From an uncultured Chloroflexia bacterium (GTDB lineage: Bacteria; Chloroflexota; Limnocylindria; Limnocylindrales; CSP1-4): DNA of 64,000 bases. The position numbers and the translations under genes were made by a program. Shown in pieces: positions 10,500 through 21,555 of the stretch. The stretch is from contig CAWFXA010000002.1 of the NCBI GenBank assembly GCA_963819655.1, positions 576,001 to 640,000 on the forward strand, written 5' to 3'. A model generated the notes under the pieces. It made no database searches. It was not told the origin of the DNA and saw only the letters and a program-made list of their open reading frames with translations. Each line of letters starts with the position of its first letter. The first letter of the stretch is position 1.

Positions 10500-12736
10500 A
10501 TGCGTCGTTCCCATGCCATCCTGGGCATCTTCATCCTGTCCGGCGCCGCCGGGCTCGTCTACGAGATCGTGTGGTCGCGCCAGCTCGTCCTGGTGTTCGG
10601 CAACACGACCCAGGCCGTGTCCGCGATCCTCACGGGCTTCTTCGGCGGGATGGCGATCGGTGCAGCGATCGGGGGCCGGATCGCCGACCGCGTCCGTTCG
10701 CCGTTGCGCATGTACGGCTATCTCGAGCTGGCGCTGGTGGTCATCGTTCTCGTCACGCCGCTCACGTTCCAGCTCATCCACGAGGCGTACCGCGGGATCT
10801 ACCCGGCGCTCGAATCGACGCCGTTCCTGGCGCTTGCGCGCCTCGCCTTGGCCGTGCTCGCCCTGGCTCCGGCGACCGTGATGATGGGCGCGACGTTCCC
10901 GGCCCTCGTCAAACATGTCGCCCGGACCGCCGCTCTGAGCGATGCCTTCGGCCGGCTGTACTCGGCGAACACGATCGGTGCAGTGGTCGGCACGCTGCTG
11001 GCCGGCCTGGTCCTCGTCGAGCTGCTCGGCCTGTCTGGAGCGCTGCTGGTCGGCGCAGCCTGCTCCGGGATCGCCGGGCTGATCGCCCTGTGGCTGGCCC
11101 GCGGCGACACCGAGGAGGTCGTCCGCCGAGAGACACCGGCCCGTCCCGCAGCGGCCGGCCCCCGGCCGACGATCGTGCTGGCGCTCGTCATCGCGTTCCT
11201 GTCGGGGCTGACGTCGCTCGGCTACCAGGTCACCTGGACCCGCCTCCTGACCTCCGGTACCGGCGGCTATACCTACGTCTTCACAGCTGTCCTTGCGCTC
11301 TTCCTGACCGGGATCGCGCTCGGGGCGGTGCTGTTCACCCGACTGCGCCCGCGCATCACCAGCCCGATCCGGGTGCTGGCGATCGCGCAGCTCGCGGTCG
11401 CGGCCCTCGCGGTCCTCGGTCTGCTGCTCGTGATCGAGTCACCGCGCCCGCTCGATCCGGGCGACCCGTTGGCCTCGGTCCGCGCGCTGATCGTCGCGGC
11501 GGTCGTCGTGGTCCTGCCGGTCTCGACGATCCTCGGCATCGCCTTTCCGACGGCCTCCGCGCTCCTCCGCGACGAGCTCGGCGAGGCCGGTTCGGAGTCG
11601 GGCGCGCTCCTGGCGTCGAACACGACCGGGGCGATCCTCGGCAGCCTCGTCATCCCGTTCGTCCTGATGCCGACGATCGGCTCGCCGGCGATCGTGATCG
11701 TGCTCGCGGTCGTCAATGCCACGCTCGGCGTCGTGCTGGCCTGGCTGGCGTCGCCGCGTTCGCGTTGGCTGTCGGCGGTCGGGATCGGCCTCATCGCCGT
11801 CATGGTGTTCCTCGCCGCACGGCCAGGAGCCATCACGCAGCCGAACGTCACGCTCATCGAGTCGCTCGGCGGTCGGATCTTCGCGTCCGACGAGGACGAG
11901 ATCGCATCGGTCCAGGCAGGCCAGAAGTCGTCGACGCCCGAGCTGTGGGTGGCCGGCACGTCGATGACGCTGCTGACCGTCGACGCGAAGCTGATGCCGA
12001 TCCTGCCACTCATCGCCCGGCCCGACTCGGAGCGCGCGCTGGTCGTCGCCTTCGGCATGGGGACGGCGTTCCGGTCGGCCCTGATCGCCGGTCTGCGGAC
12101 CGATGTCGTGGAGCTCGTGCCGTCGGTGCCGGAGATGTTCGGCTGGTACTACGCCGATGCCGCCGCGGTCCTTGCCGATCCCGACGGACGCCTCGTCGTC
12201 GCCGATGGCCGCAATCACCTGGAGCTCGCGACTGAGCGCTTCGACATCATCGTGACCGACCCGCCGCCGCCGATCGAGAGCTCCGGCGCGTCGGTCATCT
12301 CGTCGCACGAGTACTACGAGGCCGGGCACGACCACCTGACGGCGGGCGGCGTGATGATGCAGTGGGTGCCGTTCGGCGCCCCGGAGCCCGAGCTCAAGGA
12401 GCATATCCGGACGTTCGCCGCGGTCTTCCCCGAGGTCCTGATCGTCCGCGGCGCGGGAGGCTACGGGTTCTACATGCTCGGCTCGGACGAACCCCTCGAC
12501 CTGGACCCCGGATCGCGCGGAGGTCCTCGCGCGACCGGGCGTCCTCGAGGACATCTCGTCCGCCTACGACTCGCCCGCCGACGGCGATCGCCGAGTGGCT
12601 CGACGTCATCGATCGCCAGATCTGGCTCACGGACGACGAGGCGCGCGCCTACGTCGGCGATGGTCCGCTGATCACCGACGATCGGCCGCGCCCGGAGTAT
12701 TTCCTGCTCCGTCGCTGGCTCGGGCTGGCGGACTAG
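10500..12736 (+). CDS. Membrane domain fused to spermidine synthase-like SAM-binding domain (frameshift near 12510)
   Basis: SGAAGLVYEIVWSR, LYSANTIGA, VELVPSV, DGRNHL, FDIIVTDPPPP, ITDDRPRPEY. Confidence 0.82.
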
Positions 12737-12793
12737 CGCCGGCGCCGGTTGCGCCCGCAACCACTTCCCGCGACCGATGCTATCCTCGCGACG

Positions 12794-13994
12794 ATGACCG
12801 CCCCCACGCTCGACGCGGAGCCCGCCTGTCCCGGGTCCGTCGAGCCCTCGACCAGCGACCCGTTTCCGAACCGGCGCCTGCTTCGCGCCGAGCAGCGACC
12901 GATCGACGCCATCCCGCAGGCGACGTGGGATCGACTCGCCGCGCGCGAACCCCTGGGCCACGCCGTTCTCGCGTGGGCCTTCCAGCGCGCGTGGTGGGAT
13001 GCGTACGCGGCCAACGCCCACGAGGAGACGCTCGTGGTCTGCCGGGACGACGGCTCGGGCCGGAGAGCCGATCGCGATCGTCCCGCTGATGCATCGCCAC
13101 GAGGTCGAGCCGACCGACGCCCTCACCCACACGACGATGCGCCACGGGGCCGACCTGCGGCTGACCCCGGTCCCGCCGACCGCGAAGGCCGTCTTCTTCG
13201 GCGCCTCGTACCACGCCGACTACGCGACGATCCTGGCCGACCCCGCCGACCTGCCGGCCGTCGCCGACGCGCCGTCGCGGCCTACTTCGCCGAGCCCCGA
13301 CCGCGGCGACTGGGACGTCGTCGACCTGCGCCGGCTGCGCTGTGCCGACCCGACCGGCGACGGCGCTGGCCGCCGCGTTCGGCGCCTCGAGATGCCGAAC
13401 GGCTGGACGCTCAACGTCGAGCGCGAGGACGTCTGCCCGGTCGTGACGTTTCCCGAGGGCGTCGGACATGGACGGCTACCTCGCCACGCTCGGCAAGAAG
13501 GAGCGCCACGAGATCCGTCGCAAGGTCCGCCGGGCCGAGGCGGTCGGCGAGGTCCGCCTGGTCGACTCGCACCGATCCCGCTGGCCGACCTCGAGGCGTT
13601 CATCGACCTCCACCAGACGCGCTGGGGCGCCGACGGGCTGTTCCCGCCGACACGCCGGTGGCGACGCAGAGCCGCGTGCTGTTCGCCCGGCTGTTCGAGC
13701 TGTTCGGCGCCGACGGTCCGCTGCGCTCTGACGTTCCTGTGGGTCGGCGACCGGCGGATCGCCGCCGGCATCCACTTCGAGACCGCCGACGGCCTCCTGT
13801 ACTACAACGCCGGCGTCGATCCCGACGCGCGCGACCTGTCGCCGGGCGTGCTGATGGTCCACGCGTACGTCGCCCGTGCCCTCGACCGCGGGATCCGGCG
13901 GATGGACTTCCTGCGCGGCGACGAGTCCTACAAGTACGAGTGGGGCGCCGTGGACGAGCCCATCCAGCGACTGCTCGTCCGACGAGGCGCCTGA
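12794..13994 (+). CDS. CelD/BcsL-type GNAT acetyltransferase, frameshifted
   Basis: FFGASYHADY, YLATLGKKERHEIRRK, YYNAGVDPDARDLSPG, DFLRGDESYKYEWGA. Confidence 0.8.
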
Positions 13995-15207
13995 TGAGCG
14001 CCGGCCCCGGAGCCGCCCGATCCCTGCCTCGAGACCGTCCCGGACGGCGCCGACGGCCGGCAGGTCGGATCCGCGTCGTCGAGGTCCTCGCGACCGGCAC
14101 GAACGGCGGCGCCCAGGAGCACCTGTACGGGCTCGTCACCCGGATGGACCCGGACCGCTACGACGTCTCGATCGTGTCGCTGTCGACCGGGCAGCGCCGT
14201 CCGCAAGCTGCAGCGGGCCGGCTTCGACGTCCTCGTCATCGACGAGCCGGACGACGCGATCGCGGTCGGCGCGCTGGCCGCGCACCTGGCCGAGGTCCGC
14301 GCCGACGTCATCCACAACCACATGTACCGGGCCGAGACCGTCGGGACGCGCGCGGCGATCGCCCTCGGCGAGATCGGCCATCGCCGGCCGTACGTCGTGT
14401 CTCGACCGTCCACTCCAGCCGCATCCGGTCCGAGGAGGATCGCGACATGCTGCGCGACCTGACGCCGCACATGGACCAGCTGATCGCGGTGTCGACGATG
14501 ATCGAGCACAAGCTCGAGCGACGAGGGCCGGACGACCGCCCCGATCCGGCTCATCTACAACGGCGTCGACCTGTCCCGCTACGACCACACGGAGCCGTGC
14601 TGCACGCTGCCCGAGGAGTACGGGATGGAGCCGGGCTCGCAGATCGTCGGCGTCGTCGCGCGGCTCGAGCCGGAGAAGGGCCACCCGACGCTGCTCGAGG
14701 CGTGGCCCGCCGGTCCTGCGAGCGGTGCCGGACGCCTACCTGCTGATCGTCGGCGAAGGGTCGCGGCGCGAGGCGCTCGAGGCCCAGGCGCGTGAGCTGC
14801 GCATCGCCCATCGCGTGGTGTTCACCGGCCGACGCGACGACGTGCCGGCGGTGACGGCCGCGCTCGACGTGGCCGTGCTGCCCGTCGTATCGCGAGGCGC
14901 AGGGCCTGTCGATCCTCGAGGCGCATGGCGCTGTCGCGCCCGGTCGTCGCGTCGAACGTCGGCGGGATCCCGGAGATGATCACGGACGGCGTCAACGGGC
15001 TGCTCGTGCCGCCGCACGATGCCGACGCGCTGGCCGCGGCCATCGTCCGGCTGCTGCGCGACCACCCGTTCGCCGACACGATCGGTCGAGCCGGCCACGA
15101 CCTGGTCCACGACCGCTTCTGCATCGAGCTGATGGTCGACGCGGTCCAGACGATCTACGACGAGGGCGCGCGCGCCGTCCGCCCGATCCGAGGTCGCCGC
15201 GGTCTAG
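13994..15207 (+). CDS. GT4 glycosyltransferase, frameshifted
   Basis: GGAQEHL, IYNGVD, ARLEPEKGH, FTGRRDDVP, EAMALSRPVVASNVGGIPE pieced across frames. Confidence 0.8.
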
Positions 15208-15214
15208 ACCGGCC

Positions 15215-15263
15215 GACTAGGACCATCGGGCCGGTGCCGACGACGCACCGGGGCGCGTAGCAT
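15215..15263 (+). promoter_or_regulatory. Promoter: GACTAGGACCATCGG box, CGGTG..CACCG inverted repeat and TAGCAT -10 (leaderless)
   Basis: Same 15-mer recurs at 16708-16722 at nearly the same distance from a -10 hexamer. Confidence 0.5.
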
Positions 15264-15269
15264 TCCGGC

Positions 15270-16713
15270 GTGTCGCTCGCGCGCCTCTGGGTGTTCCTCG
15301 CCGTCGCGCCTGCCCGTGCTCGCGGCGCTCCTCGCGCCGATGTCGACGGTCGACCTCACCTACCACCTGCGCGCCGGCGCCGAGATCGCTCGCGACGCGG
15401 GCGATCCCGACGGTCGACACGTGGACGTTCACCGCGGCCGGGCAGCCGTGGGTCGACCAGCAGTGGGGCGCCCAGGTCGATCCTGCGCGCGGCCGAGCCG
15501 CTCGGCGGCTGGACCGGCCTCGCCCTGCTGCGGGCCGCCCTGAGCCGGGGTCGATCTTCGGCGTGCCTGTTCGTCATCGCCCGGCGTCGCGGCCTGGACG
15601 CCCGGACCGCGCGCGCTGCTGTCGCTCGTCGCCTTCGTCGTCGCCGCGCCGGCGATGGCGCTCCGGCCGCAGCTGCTCGGGATGGCCTGCTTCGCGCTCG
15701 TGCTCCTCGCTCGTCGACCGATCGCCGCGACGCACCCGCGCCGGCTGTGGCTCGTGCCGCTGGTCGTCGCGATCTGGGCGAACCTCCACGGCAGCTTCTT
15801 CCTCGGGCCGCTCGTGCTCGGGCTGGCCTGGCTGGAGGACCTCCACGATCGCGTCCGCGCCGCCGCATCGGACGCTCGTCGTCGCGCGTCGTCAGCGCGC
15901 CGCCGCCTGCCTCACGCCGTTCGGACCGGCGGTCTGGGCCTACGCGGTCGGGCTGTCGACGAACCCGGAGGTCACCGCCCGGATCACCGAGTGGCAGCCG
16001 ACGTCGCTCCGGACGGTGCCGGGCTCCTGTTCTTCGCCTCGGCGCTCGCGGTCGTCGCCCTGATCGCCCGACGCGGCCGCGCGATCGTCGTGGCCGACGC
16101 TCGCCTGGCTCGGCGTCTTCTTCGTGATCGGCGCGTACGCCGAGCGCGGGCGTGGCGTGGTGGCCGCTCGCGCGCGGTCGTCGCCGGTCGCCGGGCTCTG
16201 CTCGATCCCGTCGGCGGCCGGCGCGGTCGCGAGACCCGCCGATGATCCGGCGCCTCAACGTCGCTGGTCGCCGGCGTGATCGTCCTCGCCGGCGTCGCGC
16301 TCCTGCCGGTCTGGCGGCCGATCGACCCGGGGACCGGCGCGCCCGCGATCGGCGTCGCTCGCGGACGCCCCGCCGGGCGTCACCGCCGCGCTCCGCGACC
16401 TCGCCGCAGCCCGGCGACCGGGTCTTCAACCCGCAGACGTGGGGCTCGTGGTTCGAGTACGCGCTGCCCGACGCTCCTCGTCGCAATCGATTCGCGCATC
16501 GAGCTCTTCCCGCCCGAGGTCTGGGGCGACTACGAGGCGTCGTGCCGGGGGCGACGGCTGGCAGGACGCGGCTCGAGCGCCTGGGACGTGCGCGTTCGTC
16601 GTCACGACAGCCCGCGACGCAGCGCGTTCGCGACCGGCTTGCTGGCCGCCGGCTGGACGGAGCTCTATCGCGATGCCGGACGGTGCCCGTTCGCTCGGCC
16701 GACGGCGGACTAG
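15270..16713 (+). CDS. Polytopic membrane protein (WANLHG family, related to 8945..10402), heavily frameshifted
   Basis: DLTYHLRAG, LRPQL, IWANLHGSF, ITEW, FNPQTWGSWFEY, IDSRIELFP. Confidence 0.65.
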
Positions 16714-16754
16714 GACCATCGGTGCGGTGACGTCGCGCACCGGACGACTAGACT
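16708..16754 (+). promoter_or_regulatory. Promoter: GACTAGGACCATCGG box, CGGTG..CACCG inverted repeat and TAGACT -10 (leaderless)
   Basis: Duplicate of the 15215 architecture; -10 lies 6 nt before ATG 16761. Confidence 0.5.
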
Positions 16755-16760
16755 CCCGCC

Positions 16761-17970
16761 ATGACCGACGCACGCACCCGACCTCGATGTCGTCGTCCTT
16801 GGCGGCGGCGGCCATGTCGGCCTGCCGCTGAGCCTGGCCTTCGCCGACGCCGGGCTCCGCGTCGGGATCTACGACACCAACCAGGCGACGCTCGATCGGA
16901 TCGCGGCCGGCGAGATGCCGTTCCTCGAGAACGGCGCCGACGAGCTTCTTCGCGAGCGTGCTCACGACGGGCCGCCTGGAGCTCGGCACGAGCGGCGACG
17001 ATGATCGAGCGGACCGAGGCGCTCGTCGTCGTCATCGGCACGCCGGTCGACGAGTTCCTCGGACCGTCGATGACGGTCTTCGAGCAGGCCGTCGACCAGA
17101 TCTCGCCGCACCTCCGCGATGGCGCGCTCGTGGTCCTGCGGAGCACGGTCTATCCGGGCACGACCGCGTACGTGACCCAACACCTGCGCGCGGCCGGCTG
17201 CTCGGTCGACGTCGCCTTCTGCCCGGAGCGCATCGCCGAGGGTCATGCCCTCGAGGAGCTGCATACGCTGCCCCAGATCATCGGCGCGGACGACGACCAG
17301 GCCGCCGAGCGGGCGACCGACCTGTTCCACCACCTCGTGTCGAAGACCGTCCGGACGACCACCAAGGAAGCCGAGCTCGCGAAGCTCTTCACCAACACGT
17401 GGCGGTACATGAAGTTCGCCGTCGCGAACCAGTTCTTCATGATCGCGGACCAGGCGGGCGTGGACTACACCAACGTCCTGCGGGCGATCCGCGAGGACTA
17501 CCCGCGCGCGGCCGACCTGCCGGGCCCGGGCTTCGCCGCCGGCCCGTGCCTGTTCAAGGACACGATGCAGCTCGCGGCGTTCACGACCGACCACTTCCCG
17601 ATGGGCCAGGCGGCGATGCAGGTCAACGAAGGGCTGCCCGCCTACATCGTGGCGGCGCTCGAGCGGCGGTACGACGGCCTCCAGGGCAAGACCGTCGGCA
17701 TCCTCGGCATGGCGTTCAAGGCCGAATCGGACGACACCCGGGCGTCGCTCTCGCTACAAGCTCCGCAAGCTCCTGTCGTGGTCCGGCGCTCGTGTCCTGG
17801 CGACCGACCCGTACGTCCAGGACGATCGCCTCGTGACGCTCGACTGCGTCCTCCGCGAGAGCGACATCCTCGTCCTCGGGGCGCCGCATCGCGCCTATCG
17901 CAACCTGGAGATCGGCGGCAAGGACGTCGTCGACGTGTGGGGCGTGCTCGGTCAGGGCATCCGGCTCTGA
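16761..17970 (+). CDS. Nucleotide-sugar (UDP-glucose/GDP-mannose family) dehydrogenase, frameshifted
   Basis: GGGGHVGLP, LRSTVYPGT, FCPERIAEG, AELAKLFTN, GPCLFKD, LGMAFKAESDD. Confidence 0.88.
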
Positions 17971-18994
17971 TGCGAATCCTCGTCACGGGCGCGGCCGGCT
18001 TCATCAACGGCTACCTCGTCCCCGAGCTGCTCGAGGCCGGCCACGAGGTGATCGGCCTCGACGATTTCTCGAAGTACGGTCGGCTGACGAAGTCGTACGA
18101 CGACCACCCGTGCTACCGCTTCGTGGAGGGCGACGCCAAGGACACCGCTCTCCTGACGCGAGCTCGCCGCCGACGTCGACCAGGTCGTCGCCTCGGCCGC
18201 GATGATCGGCGGGATCAGCTACTTCCACGAGTTCGCGTACGACCTGCATGGCCGAGAACGAGCGGATCCTCGCGTCGACATTCGATGCCGCGATCGCCGC
18301 CCACCGGTCGGGCCACCTGGGACGGATCATCGTCGTCTCGTCGTCGATGGTGTACGAGTCGGCGACCATCTTCCCGACGCCGGAAGGCGCCCAGCTCACC
18401 TCGCCTCCGCCGATCTCGACGTACGGCTTCCAGAAGCTCGCATCGGAGTACTTCGCCAAGGGCGCATGGGAGCAGTACCAGCTGCCGTACACGATCGTCC
18501 GGCCGTTCAACTGCGTCGGCATCGGCGAGCGCCGCGCGCTGCGCGACACCGACATCATGTCGGGCAATGTGAAGCTCGCGTTGTCGCACGTCGTCCCGGA
18601 CCTCGTGCTCAAGGTGCTCAAGGGTCAGGATCCGCTGCACATCCTCGGCGACGGCTCGCAGGTGCGGCACTACACGTACGGCGGCGACCTCGCCCACGGC
18701 ATCCGGCTCGCGATGGAATCCGATGCCGCGGTGAACGAAGACGTGAACCTGTCGACCGCTGCGTCGACCACGGTCCTCGAGCTCGCGACCGCGATCTGGC
18801 ACAAGGTCCATGGCCCGGAGCGCGAGTTCCAGTTCGTGTCCGACCCGCCGTTCGAGCACGACGTCCAGATGCGGGTCCCGGACGTCCGCAAGGCGCGCGA
18901 GCTGCTCGGCTTCGAGGCGACCACCCCGCTCGACACGATGCTCGACGAAGTCATCCCCTGGATCCGCGGAGAGGTGGAGGCCGGCCGGCTGTGA
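17970..18994 (+). CDS. NAD-dependent epimerase/dehydratase, frameshifted
   Basis: MRILVTGAAGFING, SSSMVYE, YGFQK (YxxxK), RPFNCVG, GDGSQVR. Confidence 0.88.
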
Positions 18995-19650
18995 GCCGGC
19001 TCCTGCCCGAGCTGTACGACGCGCGGTTCGACGAGCGCGAGGTCAGCGCGAAGGACGCCGTGTGGCGCGAGATCGTCGCGTACCTGCAGCGCTTCGTCGA
19101 CCCAGAGGCGCCGATCCTGGATCTCGCGTGCGACCGCGGCCACTTCATCCGCTGGGTCCGCGGCACCGAGCGATGGGCCACGGATATCCGTGACATGCGA
19201 GCCGCCCTGCCGGAGGACATCCGGTTCGTGCAGGCGTCGGGGCTGGACCTGACGACGGTGATCCCCAACGGCTACTTCGGCACGGTCTTCATGAGCAACT
19301 ACCTCGAACACCTCGAGACGAGCGACGCCGTCGTCGACCAGCTGCGGGTCGTGCGCCAGCTGCTCCGGCCCGGCGGACGCGCGATCGTCCTGCAGCCGAA
19401 TATCCGCCTCGTCGGGCCGCGCTACTGGGACTTCATCGACCACAAGGTCGCCCTCACGGAGCGCAGCCTCCTCGAGGCGGCCGAGCTGGCTCAGCTCCAC
19501 ACGGTCGAGCTGGTCACCCGATTCCTGCCGTACTCGACCAAGGGCCGGCTGCCGACCGACGCACGGCTGGTCCGCGCCTATCTGCGCTTCCGACCGGCCT
19601 GGTGGCTCCTCGGACGACAGACCCTGCTCGTCGCAGAGGCTCGCGCGTGA
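18991..19650 (+). CDS. Class I SAM-dependent methyltransferase
   Basis: ILDLACDRGHF, SNYLEHL, LLRPGG; GTGA overlaps on both sides. Confidence 0.8.
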   Translation: MSRLLPELYDARFDEREVSAKDAVWREIVAYLQRFVDPEAPILDLACDRGHFIRWVRGTERWATDIRDMRAALPEDIRFVQASGLDLTTVIPNGYFGTVFMSNYLEHLETSDAVVDQLRVVRQLLRPGGRAIVLQPNIRLVGPRYWDFIDHKVALTERSLLEAAELAQLHTVELVTRFLPYSTKGRLPTDARLVRAYLRFRPAWWLLGRQTLLVAEARA

Positions 19651-20378
19651 CCGCCCCGGAGCTGTCGATCGTCATGCCCGTCTTCAAGGAAGGTGAGGCC
19701 GTCGAGCCCGCGCTCCGTGCCCTGACGCGCGACGTCCGCACGCCGCACGAGATCCTGGTCGTGTACGACTTCGACGAGGACCCGACCGTCCGGGTGATCG
19801 AGCGTCTAGCCGCACAGCTACCCGCAGTCCGCGGCTATCGGAATGACCTCGGGCGCGGCGTCCTGAACGCGATGAAGGCGGGGATCGCCGGCTCGACCGG
19901 ACCCTACGTCCTGATCACCATGGCCGACGGCTCCGATGAGCCACACATCGTCGACTCGATGGTGGCGCTGGCGCGCGACGGCGCCGATGTGGTGGCGGCC
20001 TCGCGCTACATGTCCGGCGGGCAGCAGATAGGCGGGCCGCCGTTGAAGCGGCTGATGAGCCGGACCGCCGGGCTGACGCTGCACTGGTTCGCCGGTGTCC
20101 CGACCCACGACCCGACGAACAACTTCAAGCTCTACTCCCGGCGGTTCCTCGACGCCGTCACGATCGAGAGCTCCGCCGGGTTCGAGCTCGCCCTCGAGCT
20201 CACCGTGAAGGCCACACTCGACGGCCGGACCGTCGCGGAGGTCCCGACGACGTGGCGCGACAGGACCGCCGGCCAGAGCAACTTCAAGCTCCGCAAATGG
20301 CTGCCGCAGTACCTGCACTGGTACCGGCAGGCGTTCGTCGGTCGCTGGCTCGGGGGCGTCCGCCGGGCAGCCCCATGA
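19647..20378 (+). CDS. GT2 polyprenol-phosphate mannose synthase-like glycosyltransferase
   Basis: LSIVMPVFKE, TMADGSD, ASRY..GG, DPTNNFKLY, GFE, EVPTTWRDR. Confidence 0.85.
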   Translation: MTAPELSIVMPVFKEGEAVEPALRALTRDVRTPHEILVVYDFDEDPTVRVIERLAAQLPAVRGYRNDLGRGVLNAMKAGIAGSTGPYVLITMADGSDEPHIVDSMVALARDGADVVAASRYMSGGQQIGGPPLKRLMSRTAGLTLHWFAGVPTHDPTNNFKLYSRRFLDAVTIESSAGFELALELTVKATLDGRTVAEVPTTWRDRTAGQSNFKLRKWLPQYLHWYRQAFVGRWLGGVRRAAP

Positions 20379-21299
20379 TCGAGCGCTACCGACTGGCCCT
20401 CGAACGGGTCGGCCTGCCAGCCTGGTTCCTGGCGATCGACGCTGCTCTGGATCGTCAAACCGGACACGCTCGGCATCGACGCCCGGCATTACCAGAACGC
20501 GGCCGCGGCCTGGCTCGCCGGCGGCGACCCATGGGCCGTCACGGAGTCCGGCATCCCGTATGCCTCGGCGCCGCACACCCTGCTCTTCTACGCGCCGACG
20601 AACGTGCTGCCGCTGACGGTCGCGACATGGGCCTGGCTGCTGGTCGGCGTCGTCGCGGCGGTCTGGCTCGTCCGTCGACTGGAGCTGCCGCTGTGGTGGC
20701 TGGCCTTCCCGCCGCTGCTCCACGGCGTGTGGAACGGCAACCCGCAGACGATCGCGCTGGCACTCCTCGTGCAGGGCAGCCTGGTCGGCGCCGTCGCCGC
20801 GGTCGGGCTCAAGCTCTACGCCGCCATCCCGTTGCTGACTCGCTGGCGCCATCTCGTGATCGCGGGTGCCGTCATCGCCGCGGTGACGCTCATCCTGCCG
20901 TGGCAGCTGTACCTCGACCGGGGGCTGGGCGTCGGCAGCCATCTGCAGACCGCCTGGAACGGCAGCGCGTGGCGGATCCCGGTCCTCGTCCTCCCGACGC
21001 TCGTCGGCCTGTGGATCCTCCGCCGCCAGGGTGCCGAGTGGTTCGCGGTCCCGGCCGTCTTCCCGGCCACGCAGTTCTACTACGTCGCGATGGCCCTGCC
21101 CGCCCTGGTCGGGCGGCCGGTCATCGCGGCGCTCCTCGCGGTACCGATGGTGCTCATGGTCCCGCTCGTGGTGATCGGGCTGGCGGTCCGGGAGGTGGCT
21201 TCGTCGCAGGGCTGGCTGCCGCGATCACGGGACCGGCGCCCCCTCGACGAGGCGGCGCCACGCCTCGGCGAGGACCTCGGGAGGGATGGGGCGCACTGA
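20375..21299 (+). CDS. GT87-like membrane protein (frameshift near 20440)
   Basis: GIDARHY, PHTLLFYAP, WNGNPQ, LKLY; multiple TM helices. Confidence 0.6.
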
Positions 21300-21555
21300 G
21301 CCCGGCACCAGCCGATCGGTCCGCGGATCGCCGTACTGCGCCACGATCCGACGCAGGGACTCGGGCGAGGGCACGAGGACGAAGGATCGCGTAGGATCGA
21401 CCCCGGGCGGCCCACTCGTCGGCGAAGAACGTCATGCCGAAGCCGAGCCCGAGCAGCGCGAGCGCTGCGGCCAGCGCGATGGCGCCGAACGCCACGACCC
21501 AGCGGTCCGGGAACGGCGCCCGACGGCTGATCTGCTCGGGCGCAGGTTCCGTCAC
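21154..21555 (-). pseudogene. Truncated N-terminal remnant of a GT-C-like membrane protein
   Basis: GTG overlaps the upstream stop; one TM helix then TFFADEW, after which the frame loses membrane character and runs into the convergent gene. Confidence 0.4.

Noticed and set aside
12500-18300. Programmed frameshifting or an alternative genetic code
   Set aside because: The breaks are irregular frame shifts without slippery sites or consistent in-frame stops, and neighbouring genes use the standard code
16761-18572. 603-aa dehydrogenase-epimerase fusion
   Set aside because: Frameshift artefact; a TGA/ATG junction at 17968-17972 separates the two genes
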